A DNA stretch of 64,000 nt from Salisapilia sapeloensis CBS 127946 (lineage: Eukaryota > Protista > Oomycota): positions 64,012-128,011 of the forward strand of contig JAADVB010000019.1 of the NCBI GenBank assembly GCA_023334545.1, in the 5' to 3' direction. A program made the translations under genes and the position numbers. Below, piece after piece: positions 10,357-22,951 of this stretch. The notes under the pieces were generated by a model. The model saw nothing but the letters and a program-made list of their open reading frames with translations. It was not told the origin of the DNA and searched no databases. The stretch's first letter is position 1. Every line of letters begins with the position of its first letter.

Positions 10357-11749
10357 TTACTTTCTGGTTTCGAAAGCGACATCAACGTCGGCTTCTTCGG
10401 CCTGCGAGACAATGTCGGCAATCTTGACGGCCTTCTGGGCGGCATCATCCAAATCGTCCGTGACAATCAGCTTCATGCCCGACTCCTTGATAATTTCCTG
10501 TGCACGCTCAACGTTCGTTCCCTTCAATCGGATGATGACTGGCTTCTTCAAGTCCAAGTCCTTGGCCGCAGCAACGATACCGGCAGCAATGACATCACAG
10601 CGCATGATACCACCAAAGATGTTGACGAGGATGGACTTGACGTGGTCATCCCGGTTGAGGATCTCGAACGCCTTCTTCACCTGGTCTTCGCTGGCTCCGC
10701 CACCGACGTCCAAGAAGTTGGCCGGGCTGCCGCCAAAGAGCGAGATGATGTCCATGGTGGCCATAGCGAGACCGGCGCCGTTGACAAGGCATCCGATCGT
10801 GCCGTCGAGACCAATGTAGTTGAGGTCGTACTCGCCTGCTTCGACTTCACGCGAGTCTTCCTGCGACTTGTCACGCTGGTCAAAGATTTCCTTATGACGG
10901 AAGCCAGCGTTGTCGTCAAAGTTGAGCTTGGCGTCACAAGCGTAGATGTTTCCTTCCGGCGTTTCGGCCATGGGGTTGATTTCCACCAAGGTCGCGTCGA
11001 CACCGACAAACATGTTGTACAAGTTCTTGATCATGTCCTCCAACTGCGGTCGAGCAGCTTCTTCCGCACCCAAGTTGGTCGCAAGGCGCTTGATCTGTTC
11101 ATCCGTCGGACCGGTGCTGACGTCGATGTTTTCCTGGAAGATGAGCTCCGGGGTGGCGGCAGCGACGTCTTCAATGGAGGTACCGCCGGCAGGAGAGGCC
11201 ACCATGACTGGGCCTTGGGAGACACGGTCCATGAGGATGCTAAAGTACATTTCACGACGCATGTAGACGCGTTCCATGAGGAAGACCTTGGACACTTCAA
11301 TGCCCTTGGCGCCCGTCTGCTTCGTCACGAGCGTCTGTCCGAGCATCTTTTCAGCATATTCACGAGCTTGTTCAGGACGTGTGCACATGTGGACGCCACC
11401 CTTGAATCCGTTCGTGAAGGAGCCAAGACCACGGCCACCGGTGAGAGCCTGTGCCTTGAGGACGACATCAACACCAGCTATACATAAAAATATTAATACG
11501 GGTAGGATACGATGGTATAGCTAGTAGGAGCTTACGTCGGTCACCCTTGAGGGCTTTGAAAGCAGCTTCGGCCTCTTCCGGCGAGTGTGCGACCTGGCCT
11601 GGAGGCGTCTGGACACCGTACTCTTGCATGACGGCAAGAGACTGGTGTTCATGCAAATTCAGTCGACGCACTGACTGCTTGAGGTGGCTGGGGGCATTCA
11701 ATAAGGCCGCCGACGAGCGGCTCGAGTTCCGAAGGACACGTCCGAGCAT
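10357..11749 (-). CDS. Succinyl-CoA ligase beta subunit, mitochondrial, 2 exons
   Basis: Exon 11749-11536 (presequence, RRLNLHEHQS), 58-bp intron 11535-11478, exon 11477-10357 (KAQALTGGRGLG, DAKLNFDDNA, NGAGLAMATMD, NFLDVGG, NIFGGIMRCD, RLKGTN). Confidence 0.95.
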
Positions 11750-11941
11750 GGTGTAGACTAGACGGATTTTGATTTGGTTGTTGTGCGGTGAGGAATGGCT
11801 GATGTTCGTAACTTTTTCAACACTTGGCGGTTGTATAGTTGGATATGTTGCAGCAACTGCAGTTCTGAAGGTTAACAGCAGGTGTGGATCGGGTATGTGG
11901 ACCACTTGAGCGATATAAATTGAAAGATATGTGAAAGATAT

Positions 11942-13134
11942 TTAAATTGCATATATCTTGTTGTATTCTTTTTCGAGTAACTCCATGATTTGTATGGCTG
12001 GTAGATCTTGTGCAAACTGTGGTGATTGACCAGACCATAAGGAGGAGAAAGATGTGTCATCGTTGCTTTCAGCAGCTTTCTTTAGAGGTGCTAGAGGACC
12101 GACGGCGTATGGAAATGGAGGCACTTGATCACTCATAGGACCATGCTCTCGCATTAATTTGTTCACAATACTCCGAGCTGGTTTGCTTGAAAAGACGTTC
12201 GTGATTGCAGTATCACTACCTTTGGCTTGGCTTAATGCGTCCTTATGAAGACTGCTAATAAGACTTTCATGGGAACGGAGGAAAAGTGTACCCATTTGGA
12301 TTGCAGAGGCACCGAGAGCAAAGGCAGCAGCCATCCCTCGGCTGTCGCCAAAGCCACCAGCAGCGATAACTGGGATGTTTACTTCATCCACGATGCCAGG
12401 CAATAAGGACATGGTACCTACTTGCTGACTGACATCCGTAGCGAGAAACATACCACGATGACCTCCGGCTTCACTACCCTGTGCGATGATGGCATCGCAT
12501 CCTCGACTTTCGAGGTAGCTGGCCTCTTCCACGGTCGTTGCAGACGACATGACGAAAGCTCCGGTATCGTGCACTTGTTGAACAAGATTTTCTGCTGGAA
12601 CGCCGAAATGGAATGAAACAACCTCGGGCTTTAGATCTTGTACCAATTTTAACGCTTGTTGATCGAAAGTATACCTCGTGGGGATCGTATCCACTGCATG
12701 CTTCGTGTCGATCTTAAACGACGTATAGTATGGCTCGAGTTGCTTGGTCCAATTCCTTTCTATGCCGTCGTAGTAGGCAGTTTGTGGATGGCAAAAGAAG
12801 TTGAGATTGATCGGTGTGGACGGTGGAGTACTGGAACGGAATCTGGTGACCTGGTCCCGAATGGCCTCATCGGACAGCTGGGAGCATGGAATCGCACCCA
12901 AGCCACCACCGTTGGCTATTGCGATGGCTAGTTGGCAGTCCTGAGCACCAGCCATTGGGGCCTGGAAGAGCGGGAGGCGGATCCCAAGACGCTGGACCAC
13001 CATCTTTGGGTTCAGATTGAGGAGTGTCAAATCGTATGGGATTTCTATACAAAAATTTATGCCACGCAAGCACTTCATAGCGAAATATGTCGGTCTAGAA
13101 AAGATAGACAGGTACGTATTCTTGCATTCGCCAT
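11942..13134 (-). CDS. Nitronate monooxygenase (2-nitropropane dioxygenase family), bacterial class I type
   Basis: LPLFQAPMAG, NGGGLG, INLNFFCH, VVSFHFG, SATTVEEA, AQGSEAGGHRG, VIAAGG, QMGT, LWSGQ. Start is either ATG 13003 or ATG 13134 with a phase-consistent 71-bp intron 13115-13045. Confidence 0.9.
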
Positions 13135-13579
13135 CACGATCTAGCAAGATCAGAATCCGTGACGCTTGCATGCCATGCTGGAGATATCTGTAAAGACGGA
13201 TGAGATCGCAGCGGTCTGGAAACTATATAAGATATCAGTGGAAACCTAGAAAAACAAGTTGACGACGCTGCAACTATATTCTTTTTTGCTTTCAACTCTG
13301 AAATGTAAGACAAAACGAAGAGCTAAAGTCCAGTGATCTTTCGATCCTTGTCGCCTCTATCTCCTTTTGATGATCGACATGCGGAAACTGAGCTGTCATG
13401 GAAACCAGCCGGTCCTCTAGCATACGTAGTCCAAGTCAAAGCCACGTAGCCACGTACGACACGACAGCACTTTGTAGGCATTTCGACCCATGATCTCACA
13501 CCGATGCGTCAGTAGATGGAAACGTTGAGTAGGCTCTGTTTGTGGTCATCCGAGGCTTTCGACAGTCTTCACCTGCTTT

Positions 13580-13594
13580 TCATTCTCAAATTTG
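13580..13594 (+). promoter_or_regulatory. Oomycete INR+FPR core promoter of the GH5 gene
   Basis: TCATTCTCAAATTTG starting 34 bp upstream of ATG 13614; resembles the YCATTYY + MWTTTNC consensus. Confidence 0.6.
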
Positions 13595-13613
13595 ACATCT
13601 TGAACGCAAGATC

Positions 13614-14848
13614 ATGATGCTTCGGACCCTCAAGTTTGTATTTGCGACTGCTGCTCTCACCGCAACCGGCGTCGTCGGGCACGTCAAGGACAAAATCATC
13701 GACGGTGCTCCTATCCGTGGCACCAATCTTGGTGGCTGGCTGGTAAGTGAACACTGGATGACCGCCACAGCAAAGTTTTGGGATCTCGTGCCGGAGGACA
13801 AGCGTGATGACGGTGAATATCAAGCAATTGCGTCTTCTAGCGACCCCGAAGCGGTTCGGAAAGGAATGGAAGAGTGGCATCGAACCTTTATTACGGAGAA
13901 GGATATTAAGGAAATTGCCGAGGCTGGATTGAATACAGTGCGAGTGCCAGTGGGCTATTGGCTAACTCAAGAAGACAAGCATGATCCGTCTAGAAAAGAA
14001 GAATGGAAGATGTTTCCAAAGGACAATGTTGAGATGGTGGACAAGCTGATGAACTGGACCGCAACACACAACATCGCAGTGCTCTTTAGCATCCACGCAG
14101 CCAAGGGCAGTCAGAACGGAATGGAGCATAGTGCTGCGGTAAGTTCAAATATCTATTGGGACAAGTACACCGAAAACGTGAAGAACACAATCGACCTTGC
14201 CGTATTCATCGCTGAGAGGTACAAAGATGCTGAGTCATTCCTCGGTATTGGCCTTTTAAACGAGCCGACGGGTGACCTGGACAATGACGTCTTGTTCCAG
14301 TACTACAAGGACGCGTACAAGGCTGTGCGTGAAACTGGTAGTGACTGCATTCTGGTGATCATGCCGAAGCTCATCGATGACGTGAGTTGCATGAATGGCT
14401 TCATGGACGAGGCATCTGGTTACGAGCGAGTGTTTGTTGAGCAACATTTGTACCCTGGTGAGTATCCTTTCAACAATTATTCATGGCATGCGACTTATGA
14501 TGCTTAATAGGTCTATTCGGAAATTGTGATGGTTGTAATGGCGAGCAAGTAATTGGCTCTGTGAGTGATATGGGGGACATGATCGACACTTGGAATACGA
14601 AAAACACCAACCGCTTATTCATCGGTGAGTGGAGCTTGGCTGACGGTTTGAGCTTGACACCCGAAGAATCGGATAAGTTTACCAAAGCAAAAATGAAGAT
14701 GCTACAGAAGGCTACGGGGGGATGGACTCTATGGTCCTGGCACAGCACAGGCGACGACATCCTCGACTATACCAACGGTTGGAGTATGTACTCGATTGCC
14801 AACACAAAAGCCAATTACAGATCGGAGATCCTGCAAGAAGATTACTGA
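13614..14848 (+). CDS. Secreted GH5 exo-1,3-beta-glucanase-like protein, 2 exons
   Basis: Signal peptide; IRGTNLGGWLVSEHW, LNTVRVPVGYW, HAAKGSQNG, LLNEP (acid/base), FIGEWS (nucleophile), GGWTLWSW. The 53-bp intron 14458-14510 joins the two ORFs in frame. Confidence 0.92.
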
Positions 14849-17209
14849 TACTAAAGAGGGTTTAAACTACATAGCCATGTGCATTGACATCGTAAAATCT
14901 TGATTCAAAGTCACGGAATGGAAATCTTGAATTCGTGTCAACTTTCGTTGTCGAGTGGCATTTCATAGCTTTTATTTCTTTTACCAGACATATGTTGAAG
15001 TTATCTTGTAGACCCATTTCGTTGGATTGGAGACGACGAAGATGAAAAGAGTACAAGTACTAGAAACTAACACACTTCTAGTTCTTACCTTAAAGTTGTA
15101 GTGGATACCTTTGCCGATACGCATGTAGCTTAGTATTGGCTCTATTCCAAGTCGACATTGTAGCCATTGCTTATGGTGCATTTCGTTGTGCCGTAGCGAA
15201 TTGAACTGTGCAGTCTAGTCCAAGTTCCCATTATCTGTCCGAAGATATGCATCGAGTGTATATATTTTTCATGATCAGACATCCGAGACAAGTTTGTTGC
15301 CAAGCTTTGTAGAGTAAATAGTTGATGTCCTTGTCATGATGTCTGCTCGGGTGGGAACGTTAATTTAGCTCCTCTCGAAAGACGTCGCTACTGGCCAGCA
15401 TTTTGTCTTTTAATCGTGAGCCAAGCCTCTCAATGGGAATACTTTGGATGGTAACATGTGAGGGAATATAGACGTTTGTGCGTACATTTGCAGGAAAGTG
15501 AATAGTTACCATAGCATCTGACGCATCCATATTTATGCTAAAATCCCTCGTTTTATCACCTAGCATTCCCTATCTATCTACTTTAGCTGACGGGAAGAAG
15601 ATCTACCAACCATCGCTGAAATAGAAACACCTACTGAATACGGTGAGGTTAACTACATGCAGTGAGATAATAGTGGAAAGCAACCATTCATCCGTTGCAT
15701 CTACCAATGGGGACTAAAGCAAATTCAGTTCCATAAGACGTCTTTGGTTCCTTACCAAGTACGCCCTTAGTTACTGGTGCAAAAGATTGAAGTGTAAGTA
15801 TCTTTCGCTCAATCCATGTCTGTCTATGGAGTCCATCTCTAATGGAATTAGCCATCCCAAAAAGTGGCATGTCAATTGCTAAGCTAAAGCCTTCCGACAG
15901 GAAGTCTGTCCTAAGCAAATGTCAGAATCCGCGATTCTATTGCCAATGCTCCTTGGAAACTATAATAGAAGCTCGCGAGACTTCGAGTACGGTATCCAAA
16001 ATTCTGATCCGTGTAGAATGAGTGCCTATCCGTAGTCTAATGATGGCTTGGATGCATACACGAATCATGGCAAACTCTCGTTGGGTGCTCGCTACTGCAA
16101 ATGACTGACAAGCGTCATCAGCCTCTCCCACTACGCCAGCATCCCTTTCGAATTTCCACATCCTTCCACTGAGGCCCACGCCACGTCTGCCCATGACAGC
16201 AAAGAGGTGCTTTCACTAGGTCATGACTATGACTAGGCGCCACGATTAAAAGATCGATTGACCACTTGTAAAGCAAAGTACATGTTTGTTATTGGACTCA
16301 AACTCTGCAAACGAGCTGCTAAACTTTCCCGTAAAACTCATCTTACATGAAGAGGGTGGCAGTGCAAATACTCGCATTTCGCATGTACTTGTCGATAGTG
16401 GAGTAGACACTAAAGGCAATAAAGGATGATGGCAGTGGATAGTTCGAACAAGCCGGAAATAGACGACAAAATGCAACTAGTAAAGAGCCGTTCCATGTGG
16501 GATTGTACCAACTGAAGATCTCTTTGTAATCTTCCGGATCAGAACGCGCGGGGACGAAGACCGAAGCTTGATTAGAGGAAGGAATCTTTTAAAGCCGCAT
16601 CTTGAAGCAGCAACCAACTGTGGTGGATGCGAACGCAATTGAATCTGTTAAGAGATCACACCATCATTTCACAATCCTTCTATACCCCATACGCGATGAA
16701 GGGACTGATTCCCGATCAATGGTGCGCAGTAGCTCACGCTTTCTGATCCACCGCATAACCAAGATTCAAACCGCCGTGCAATGCTTGAGTTGAACTATGT
16801 AAACGTAGGGCATGCCCAGCTGATACCTAATGAGCTGGAACTAACGTGTATATGCACGTGTACCCTTGCTCGAACCATAGAGTCAACATTTGTGGTAGGA
16901 CACCTTTGTCTCGATCAGAGCTGAGACTATGCGTAAAGTCGCTTCCTTTCAGTATGCAGCTTGAAGCTATTAATCAAGTACCAGGTGATACTGAGCTAGT
17001 AGATGGCTTCATCCTCTATCTACCTCTATGAATGGCAAAAGCACGCCGTATCAGCGTCCACTACCTTCCAATCGTTCTATATTCCTCCTGCAAACAAGAT
17101 ACGATCCACACCTCCAGAATGCGTCGCTACTCACGATGTAGATTCCCCATCTGATTACAGGAAGAGGTTGCAGATCGTGGTCTTTATGGTATTCGCCCCG
17201 GAGCGTGTT

Positions 17210-17226
17210 TCATTCCCAAACTTTCC
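17210..17226 (+). promoter_or_regulatory. INR(+FPR-like) core promoter of purple acid phosphatase 1
   Basis: TCATTCCCAAACTTTCC starting 47 bp upstream of ATG 17257. Confidence 0.5.
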
Positions 17227-17256
17227 TCGTCGCCCACAAGAAGCTTCATACAAGTT

Positions 17257-18771
17257 ATGTTTGCGTTTGCAATACCGCTTGCGCTCCTCGCCGTTTCCAG
17301 CCAAGCGGCTGCTATTGACGATGATGCTTGCGATTTCTTCCTCTCTTCGTTCGGTTGCGTCCCGGAGGCCTTGTGCTCGTACCAATTCCAGTTTGGTGAT
17401 CTAACGCCGAATCAGTCGTGCCGAGTTCGCCCGAATGTGAACAAAGCTCCGCAGCAAATGCATCTAGCGTACGCTGGTAGCTCTCCAGGAACTGCCATGA
17501 CGATTTCCTGGGCTACATTTGATGATGTCAAGGAGAGTGCCGTGTGGATCGGCACGTCAGAAAATGAATTGGATGTGTCGAATGAAGCTGTCACGAGCGC
17601 GACGTACTATAGTGAAGATGACTATGAGCTCTACCAGCACCACGTGACGGTCGATGGCCTTGAACCGAACACTAGATACTACTACAAAGTCGGCACTCCG
17701 GACGATGACAAGTTCCAGAGCGAAGTTGCATCCTTCGTGACGGCACGTGAAGCATCAGATGATTCTGAATTCGATATCCTCGTGTACGGCGATGTCGGTT
17801 TCGATAAAAATGCCATGGATACAATTACGTATGTGAATCAATTGTCATCGGATGCCTCGATCGACTTTGTTCTACACCTCGGTGATCTCGGCTATGCCGA
17901 TGATTCGTTCCTCAAGCCTTCCCAAGCACTCGGATTCTTCTATGAAGAGGTGTACAATAAGTGGATGAACATGATGACGCCGCTCATGTCTGTCAAGCCG
18001 TATATGGTCATCGTTGGTAACCACGAGGCTGAATGCCACTCGCCCAACTGCCAAGCTTCGTCTTACAAACAAGAACATCTAGGCAACTACTCTGCTTACA
18101 ATGCTCGGTTTCCAATGCCATCGGAAGAGTCGGGCGGCGTTCTCTCTATGTGGTATTCGTTTGACACGTCAAAAGTTCACATGAGCTGTATATCGTCTGA
18201 AACCGATTATGAGGGTGCTCCGAAGAACCACTATACGCTCAAGGGTGGAAATGGAAACTTTGGCGACCAATTGGCGTGGCTTGAAAAGGATTTGCAAGCT
18301 GCGGATGAGAATCGGGATAATGTCCCATGGATCATTGTATCGATGCACCGACCATTGTACACGGCTGACACAGCGAATGCCCAAGGAGTGCCGACAGACT
18401 ATTCTGCCAAGGTCCAAGCAGCGTTTGAAGATCTCTTTATCAAGTACAAGGTCGACGTCGTGCTTTCCGGACACGAGCATTCGTATGAAAGACAAGCACC
18501 GATTAAGAAGAATAAGGCCGTGATGGATGGCGTCTCGAGCGATGGAACGCTCTACGAGAAACCTCAGGCACCTGTCTACATTGTGACCGGAGCTGCTGGT
18601 AACATTGAGGACCATACGGACTTGCCCAGCAACCCTCCGGCTTGGAACATGGCGTTGGATGATCAGAACTTTGGCGTTTCGCGAGTGACGGTGAACCGAG
18701 ATTCACTTAAGTGGACGTTTACTGCTAGTTCATCAGGCAAAGTGCTTGATTCGTTCACAATGACCAAGTAG
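17257..18771 (+). CDS. Secreted purple acid phosphatase (FN3-like domain + calcineurin-like phosphoesterase), intronless
   Basis: Signal peptide; PQQMHLAY, YYYKVG, metal motifs GDVG, GDLGYAD, GNHE, SMHRP, GHEHSYER. Confidence 0.93.
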   Translation: MFAFAIPLALLAVSSQAAAIDDDACDFFLSSFGCVPEALCSYQFQFGDLTPNQSCRVRPNVNKAPQQMHLAYAGSSPGTAMTISWATFDDVKESAVWIGTSENELDVSNEAVTSATYYSEDDYELYQHHVTVDGLEPNTRYYYKVGTPDDDKFQSEVASFVTAREASDDSEFDILVYGDVGFDKNAMDTITYVNQLSSDASIDFVLHLGDLGYADDSFLKPSQALGFFYEEVYNKWMNMMTPLMSVKPYMVIVGNHEAECHSPNCQASSYKQEHLGNYSAYNARFPMPSEESGGVLSMWYSFDTSKVHMSCISSETDYEGAPKNHYTLKGGNGNFGDQLAWLEKDLQAADENRDNVPWIIVSMHRPLYTADTANAQGVPTDYSAKVQAAFEDLFIKYKVDVVLSGHEHSYERQAPIKKNKAVMDGVSSDGTLYEKPQAPVYIVTGAAGNIEDHTDLPSNPPAWNMALDDQNFGVSRVTVNRDSLKWTFTASSSGKVLDSFTMTK

Positions 18772-19959
18772 GAAGGAGACAAGTGTAATGTTTTGAATCG
18801 TAATAGTGCTTTTCTGCTTAATCATTTAAATTCGTGAGTCATCTAGTCAAGCTTTAAAGACACAATGCTATTGCCCATTTTTCTGTCGGTTCAAAAGCGG
18901 AAGTATATAATTGTATGGTATCATTCATCCTTGCACCATCCTTCATTGGGTTCTGCGATGTCGGGAAGTGCTGATGAAAGTGCTCGTTTTCTCCTGAATC
19001 TATCGACTCGAGGGAGACCGCGAAAAGTAGTCTTAAAAGCTTCATCCGTTTCCAAAGAGATGGTGGAACATTAAAAAGATGGATATCAGAACACAAACAC
19101 TTGCCATTGAAAGATGAAGCGACCGCTTAAGCGAATCTTTATGCAAGCTACAGATAGTTCAAATACAAAGAGTTTTATTGTCAGACTAGACCAAGCTATG
19201 CAGTGTTACTTTCCAAATTTTCTCGCGGTTCCTTTTAACGCTAAGCATTCAACTATACTGGTAACCTAGAATATCCAAAGTGTTCTTATGTTACAAGGTA
19301 GAGATTCTCCACCCTTTACTTGTTGCATGAATAGAAGTCGTACTCGTGCTTCGTCGTTGTCTTGTGAACGCACTACCGCTTTATCGTTAATCCATACAAG
19401 GGACGATTTGACCATCAAAGATCGTATATTTGAGGTTTCCGGTCGGATGCAGCTACTGAAGATCTTGAAGCTCTCATCCAGCATACACCAAACATTGAAA
19501 GTAGCCGTTTCATGCAGCCACCTCATAGCTCTGTAGAGATAAGAACTGCTGGATTGGAGGAATATATGCTGTGCGACACGGTAGATACGGAAAATATCCA
19601 ATCTGAAGCACTTGCGATTCGACTACGCCGTACAACTACGTAGGGCGGGAGTGGAAACCTTTAGTAAGACGCGAGCGGGAGATCAAAAAGTGATGGCATG
19701 GTTCTCTCAAGTCTGGAAGTGCATCTGAACAACAACCGGAATGATCATAAAGTAATTTAAAGACTTTGGCTGGTAACCTAATGACCAAGCTCATAGATTT
19801 TCCTCCAGTGGTCACTTTGATGGCTACGTCAGAATGGAATCGGTCTGTTCCTATGGTGGATTGACCGAACTGGACTGTAAATTGCTCGCACTACCTCTAC
19901 TTATTGCGCTTGACCAAAGAGAATAGAATGAAACCTAAATATTTGGTCCTCCAAAACAT

Positions 19960-21134
19960 TTATTCGTTCGACAGCGCTTGGGAAGCTTCCCGCCACTTGG
20001 TTAGCGTAGATATCGGATGTCCTTCATTCATGCGTGTCAACGCGATTTCGTACCCTTCCTTGATAGTGGCAGCAATCCCACTGACGTACAATCCGGCTCC
20101 GGCATTGTATGCAACCGTATGGCTTAAGCACGTATCGCGTTCCTCCCCTTTGAAAAGTCTTTCGAGTGTCTTGGCATTATCCTGTGCATCTCCACCTTCC
20201 AAATTCTTAATACCGCCAGACATTGTACAGAACTTTTCAGGGATGCCGATGTCTGCTTCCGGATCCAATTCATACTTTTCAACGGAATACTCTAAGCCAC
20301 GCACTTCCACAACTTGCGCCTTTGCAAAGCAGTGGAGTTCATCTAAACCACCGCAATGGACGACAAGACCGTGTTCAATGCCCAAGTCGAGCATCACTTG
20401 CCCGAAGATAGGGAGAAGACTTGGCTTGTACACACCAATGACCATGCGAGAGCATTTAGCAGGGTTTAAAAGTGGGCCGAGAATGTTAAAGACGGAACGA
20501 ATCTGAATGGCTTTACGGATGGGAGACACGCTTGCCATGGCCGGGTGGAAGTACGGTGCGAACATGAAGGCGATTGGAGAAGACTCAAGACACTTGGAGA
20601 TATTCTCTGGCTGAAGGTGTGGGATACCGAGTGCCAAAAGCACGTCTGCAGACCCAGATCTAGATCAAAGTTGTGAGATTACGGTACGATAGTATTGTCA
20701 TAGGAATGTATACCGGCTGGAGACGGCAATAGACCCGTGCTTGGTAACTGTGGCACCACATGAAGCGGCAATGACAGCAGAAGCGGTGGAAATGTTCACT
20801 GTATTGGCACCATCGCCTCCCGTACCAACGATATCGATCGCTACACGACCGTCCTGGACAAAATCATACGTCAATTGGACATGCATTTATTGCAAATAGC
20901 AGTAGGACGTACAGGAACAGCAACTTCCGTGCATTTTTCGCGCATGTGCTTGGCAAAAGCCGTGATCTCTGTATCGGTCTCTCCCTTGACAGCTAGCAAC
21001 GCGAGCAAGACACCAACACCGACCGGATTCTCTTTCGAGTACTCGGACGTCATGAGTTCGATTGCATAGGCAGCTTCATCACCTGTAAGATTCTCTTGCT
21101 TGGTAAGCTTTGTCAGTAGCGATTTGAGCTCCAT
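19960..21134 (-). CDS. trpD: Anthranilate phosphoribosyltransferase, 3 exons
   Basis: Exons 21134-20913, 20853-20714, 20659-19960 (introns 59 and 54 bp); [61 protein letters not shown]. Confidence 0.95.
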
Positions 21135-21331
21135 GATCAATTACGATGTGATCGACTGGACAAAATGTCATACAAATTCTTTTCTTTTTCTTGCGGTTTG
21201 TCTGAACTTGGGCGTCGACGACATCAGCTGTTCGAGTGTTTACGTGGTGATTGGCTCGATTCAAGCGCACCGAAACTAGTGTGGCATACACTACTTTCGG
21301 ACCACACGACACCATCGGCTGAAACACGAAG

Positions 21332-22951
21332 ATGGCGGCTCTCCTTCGTCTTCGGCGGTCTGCCTTGCGCTCTCCTGCGGCCTTTGTGTCTTGGAAGAGC
21401 AATGTGCGTGCATTATCTGATACGCCTATTTCATCAACGGTTCAATCACCGACGGAAGCATCCGTGGATGGTGAGAAGTGGATTAAATTGATGCAAACGA
21501 CGTCGAAACTCGAAGCCTCGACGCTTTTGCCGCTGAATGAAAAGTTACTAGGACCTCTAGATCGTAAGAATAAGGAAGAGAAACTACCGTCTTTGCCTTT
21601 TGTCTTTCTACTCGGCAATCACTCGAGTGGAAAGTCTACGTTCATTAATTATCTCCTCGACCGGGAGATCCAGAATACAGGTGTCGCGCCGACGGACGAT
21701 GGTTTTACCATCATTGCCCCTGGAAGCGCTGACTTAGACCAGGACGGTCCAGCTCTTGTTGGAGACCCCGATCTTGGCTTTACAGGCCTACGATCGTACG
21801 GTCCAGCGCTCATCCAACGGACGCAGCTTAAAGTTCGGAATGGCATCAAGTCTAACTTTATGCTAGTGGACTCTCCTGGTATGATCGACAGTCCTCAGCG
21901 ATTGACACCCCCTCACGCAGCCATTAGTGACTCGTACAGCTCCAAATTGAATGCTGGTCATCAATATCGTAGCAACGACAGCTCTTCCGACCGAGGGTAT
22001 GAATTCCCAGAAGTCGTGCGGTGGTATGCGGAACGTGCAGATGTGATCCTCTTGTTCTTTGATCCGGATAAACCAGGTACTACAGGAGAGACCTTGTCCA
22101 TTCTCACGCGTTCTCTCGTCGGGATGGACCATAAGCTCCACATTGTCCTGAACAAGGTAGACCAGTTCCAGAAACTACACGACTTTGCTCGAGCCTACGG
22201 ATCGTTGTGCTGGAACCTGTCGAAAGTAATTCCACTCAAAGACTTGCCACGTATCTACACTATGTGCATTCCTCAAGCGTCCAATTCGACGCCTTCGTGG
22301 GGTAGCAGTGGAGGCATGAATGCAGCTAGTATGAAAGACTTAGATGTGATGCGAGAAGAGTTGGTGAGTGAGGTCCAGCGAGCACCTGAACGTCGTGTCG
22401 ACAATCTAATCACGAACCTCTACGATGCCACTCGTCTCCTCCACATGCATGCGACTATCTACGAAGACTTACGTACTTCATACGCGAAAGAAAAGAATCG
22501 TCGATACATGTTGTTAGCGTCGACGTTTATCGGTGGTAATGCACTGGCAGCAAGTGGATTGGCGGCAGGGATGGCCATGGAAGTCGCGGCTGGCGTCTCC
22601 TTCACATCCATCCTCTTATCTGGAGCCATGCTGTACCAAAACTCTTCTGCCCTGTCCCAACTACAAAAAGACTTGCTGCATGAAGACTCTTTGTCGGAAG
22701 TCTTTAAGCGTCGGTATGGACGTCAATTAGCCGAAGGAGATGAGTATGCCATGTCCGTGTGGGAACGTGTGAAGCCGTCTCTCCAAGTTGCGTTCCATAC
22801 GCTCGGTTTTAACAAGATGCCCAAGGTGAAGAAAGGAGAGATTGACGCCTTGGAAAACATATTGGAGCAGGAGATTCCAGACTTGAGAAGACGTAGTGCG
22901 CCTGAAGACTCGAGCTTAGCCCATCGTGTTGCCAAGATGTTCCGAAACTAG
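21332..22951 (+). CDS. Dynamin-superfamily (EHD/sarcalumenin-like) NTPase with mitochondrial presequence and C-terminal hydrophobic hairpin
   Basis: G1 GNHSSGKS, G2 APTDD, G3 DSPG, G4 LNKVD; N-terminus MAALLRLRRSALRSP; hydrophobic stretch YMLLASTFIGGNALAASGLAAGMAMEVAAGVSFTSILLSGAMLY. Confidence 0.85.
   Translation: MAALLRLRRSALRSPAAFVSWKSNVRALSDTPISSTVQSPTEASVDGEKWIKLMQTTSKLEASTLLPLNEKLLGPLDRKNKEEKLPSLPFVFLLGNHSSGKSTFINYLLDREIQNTGVAPTDDGFTIIAPGSADLDQDGPALVGDPDLGFTGLRSYGPALIQRTQLKVRNGIKSNFMLVDSPGMIDSPQRLTPPHAAISDSYSSKLNAGHQYRSNDSSSDRGYEFPEVVRWYAERADVILLFFDPDKPGTTGETLSILTRSLVGMDHKLHIVLNKVDQFQKLHDFARAYGSLCWNLSKVIPLKDLPRIYTMCIPQASNSTPSWGSSGGMNAASMKDLDVMREELVSEVQRAPERRVDNLITNLYDATRLLHMHATIYEDLRTSYAKEKNRRYMLLASTFIGGNALAASGLAAGMAMEVAAGVSFTSILLSGAMLYQNSSALSQLQKDLLHEDSLSEVFKRRYGRQLAEGDEYAMSVWERVKPSLQVAFHTLGFNKMPKVKKGEIDALENILEQEIPDLRRRSAPEDSSLAHRVAKMFRN

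Noticed and set aside
10642-11487. 281-aa plus-strand ORF opposite succinyl-CoA ligase beta
   Set aside because: Antisense shadow typical of strongly biased, highly expressed genes.
16278-16429. Short open frame containing VLVDSG, resembling a Ty3/gypsy aspartic protease active site
   Set aside because: Six-residue match only; no gag, RT, integrase or LTR recognisable nearby. A RepeatMasker or tBLASTx hit would be needed.
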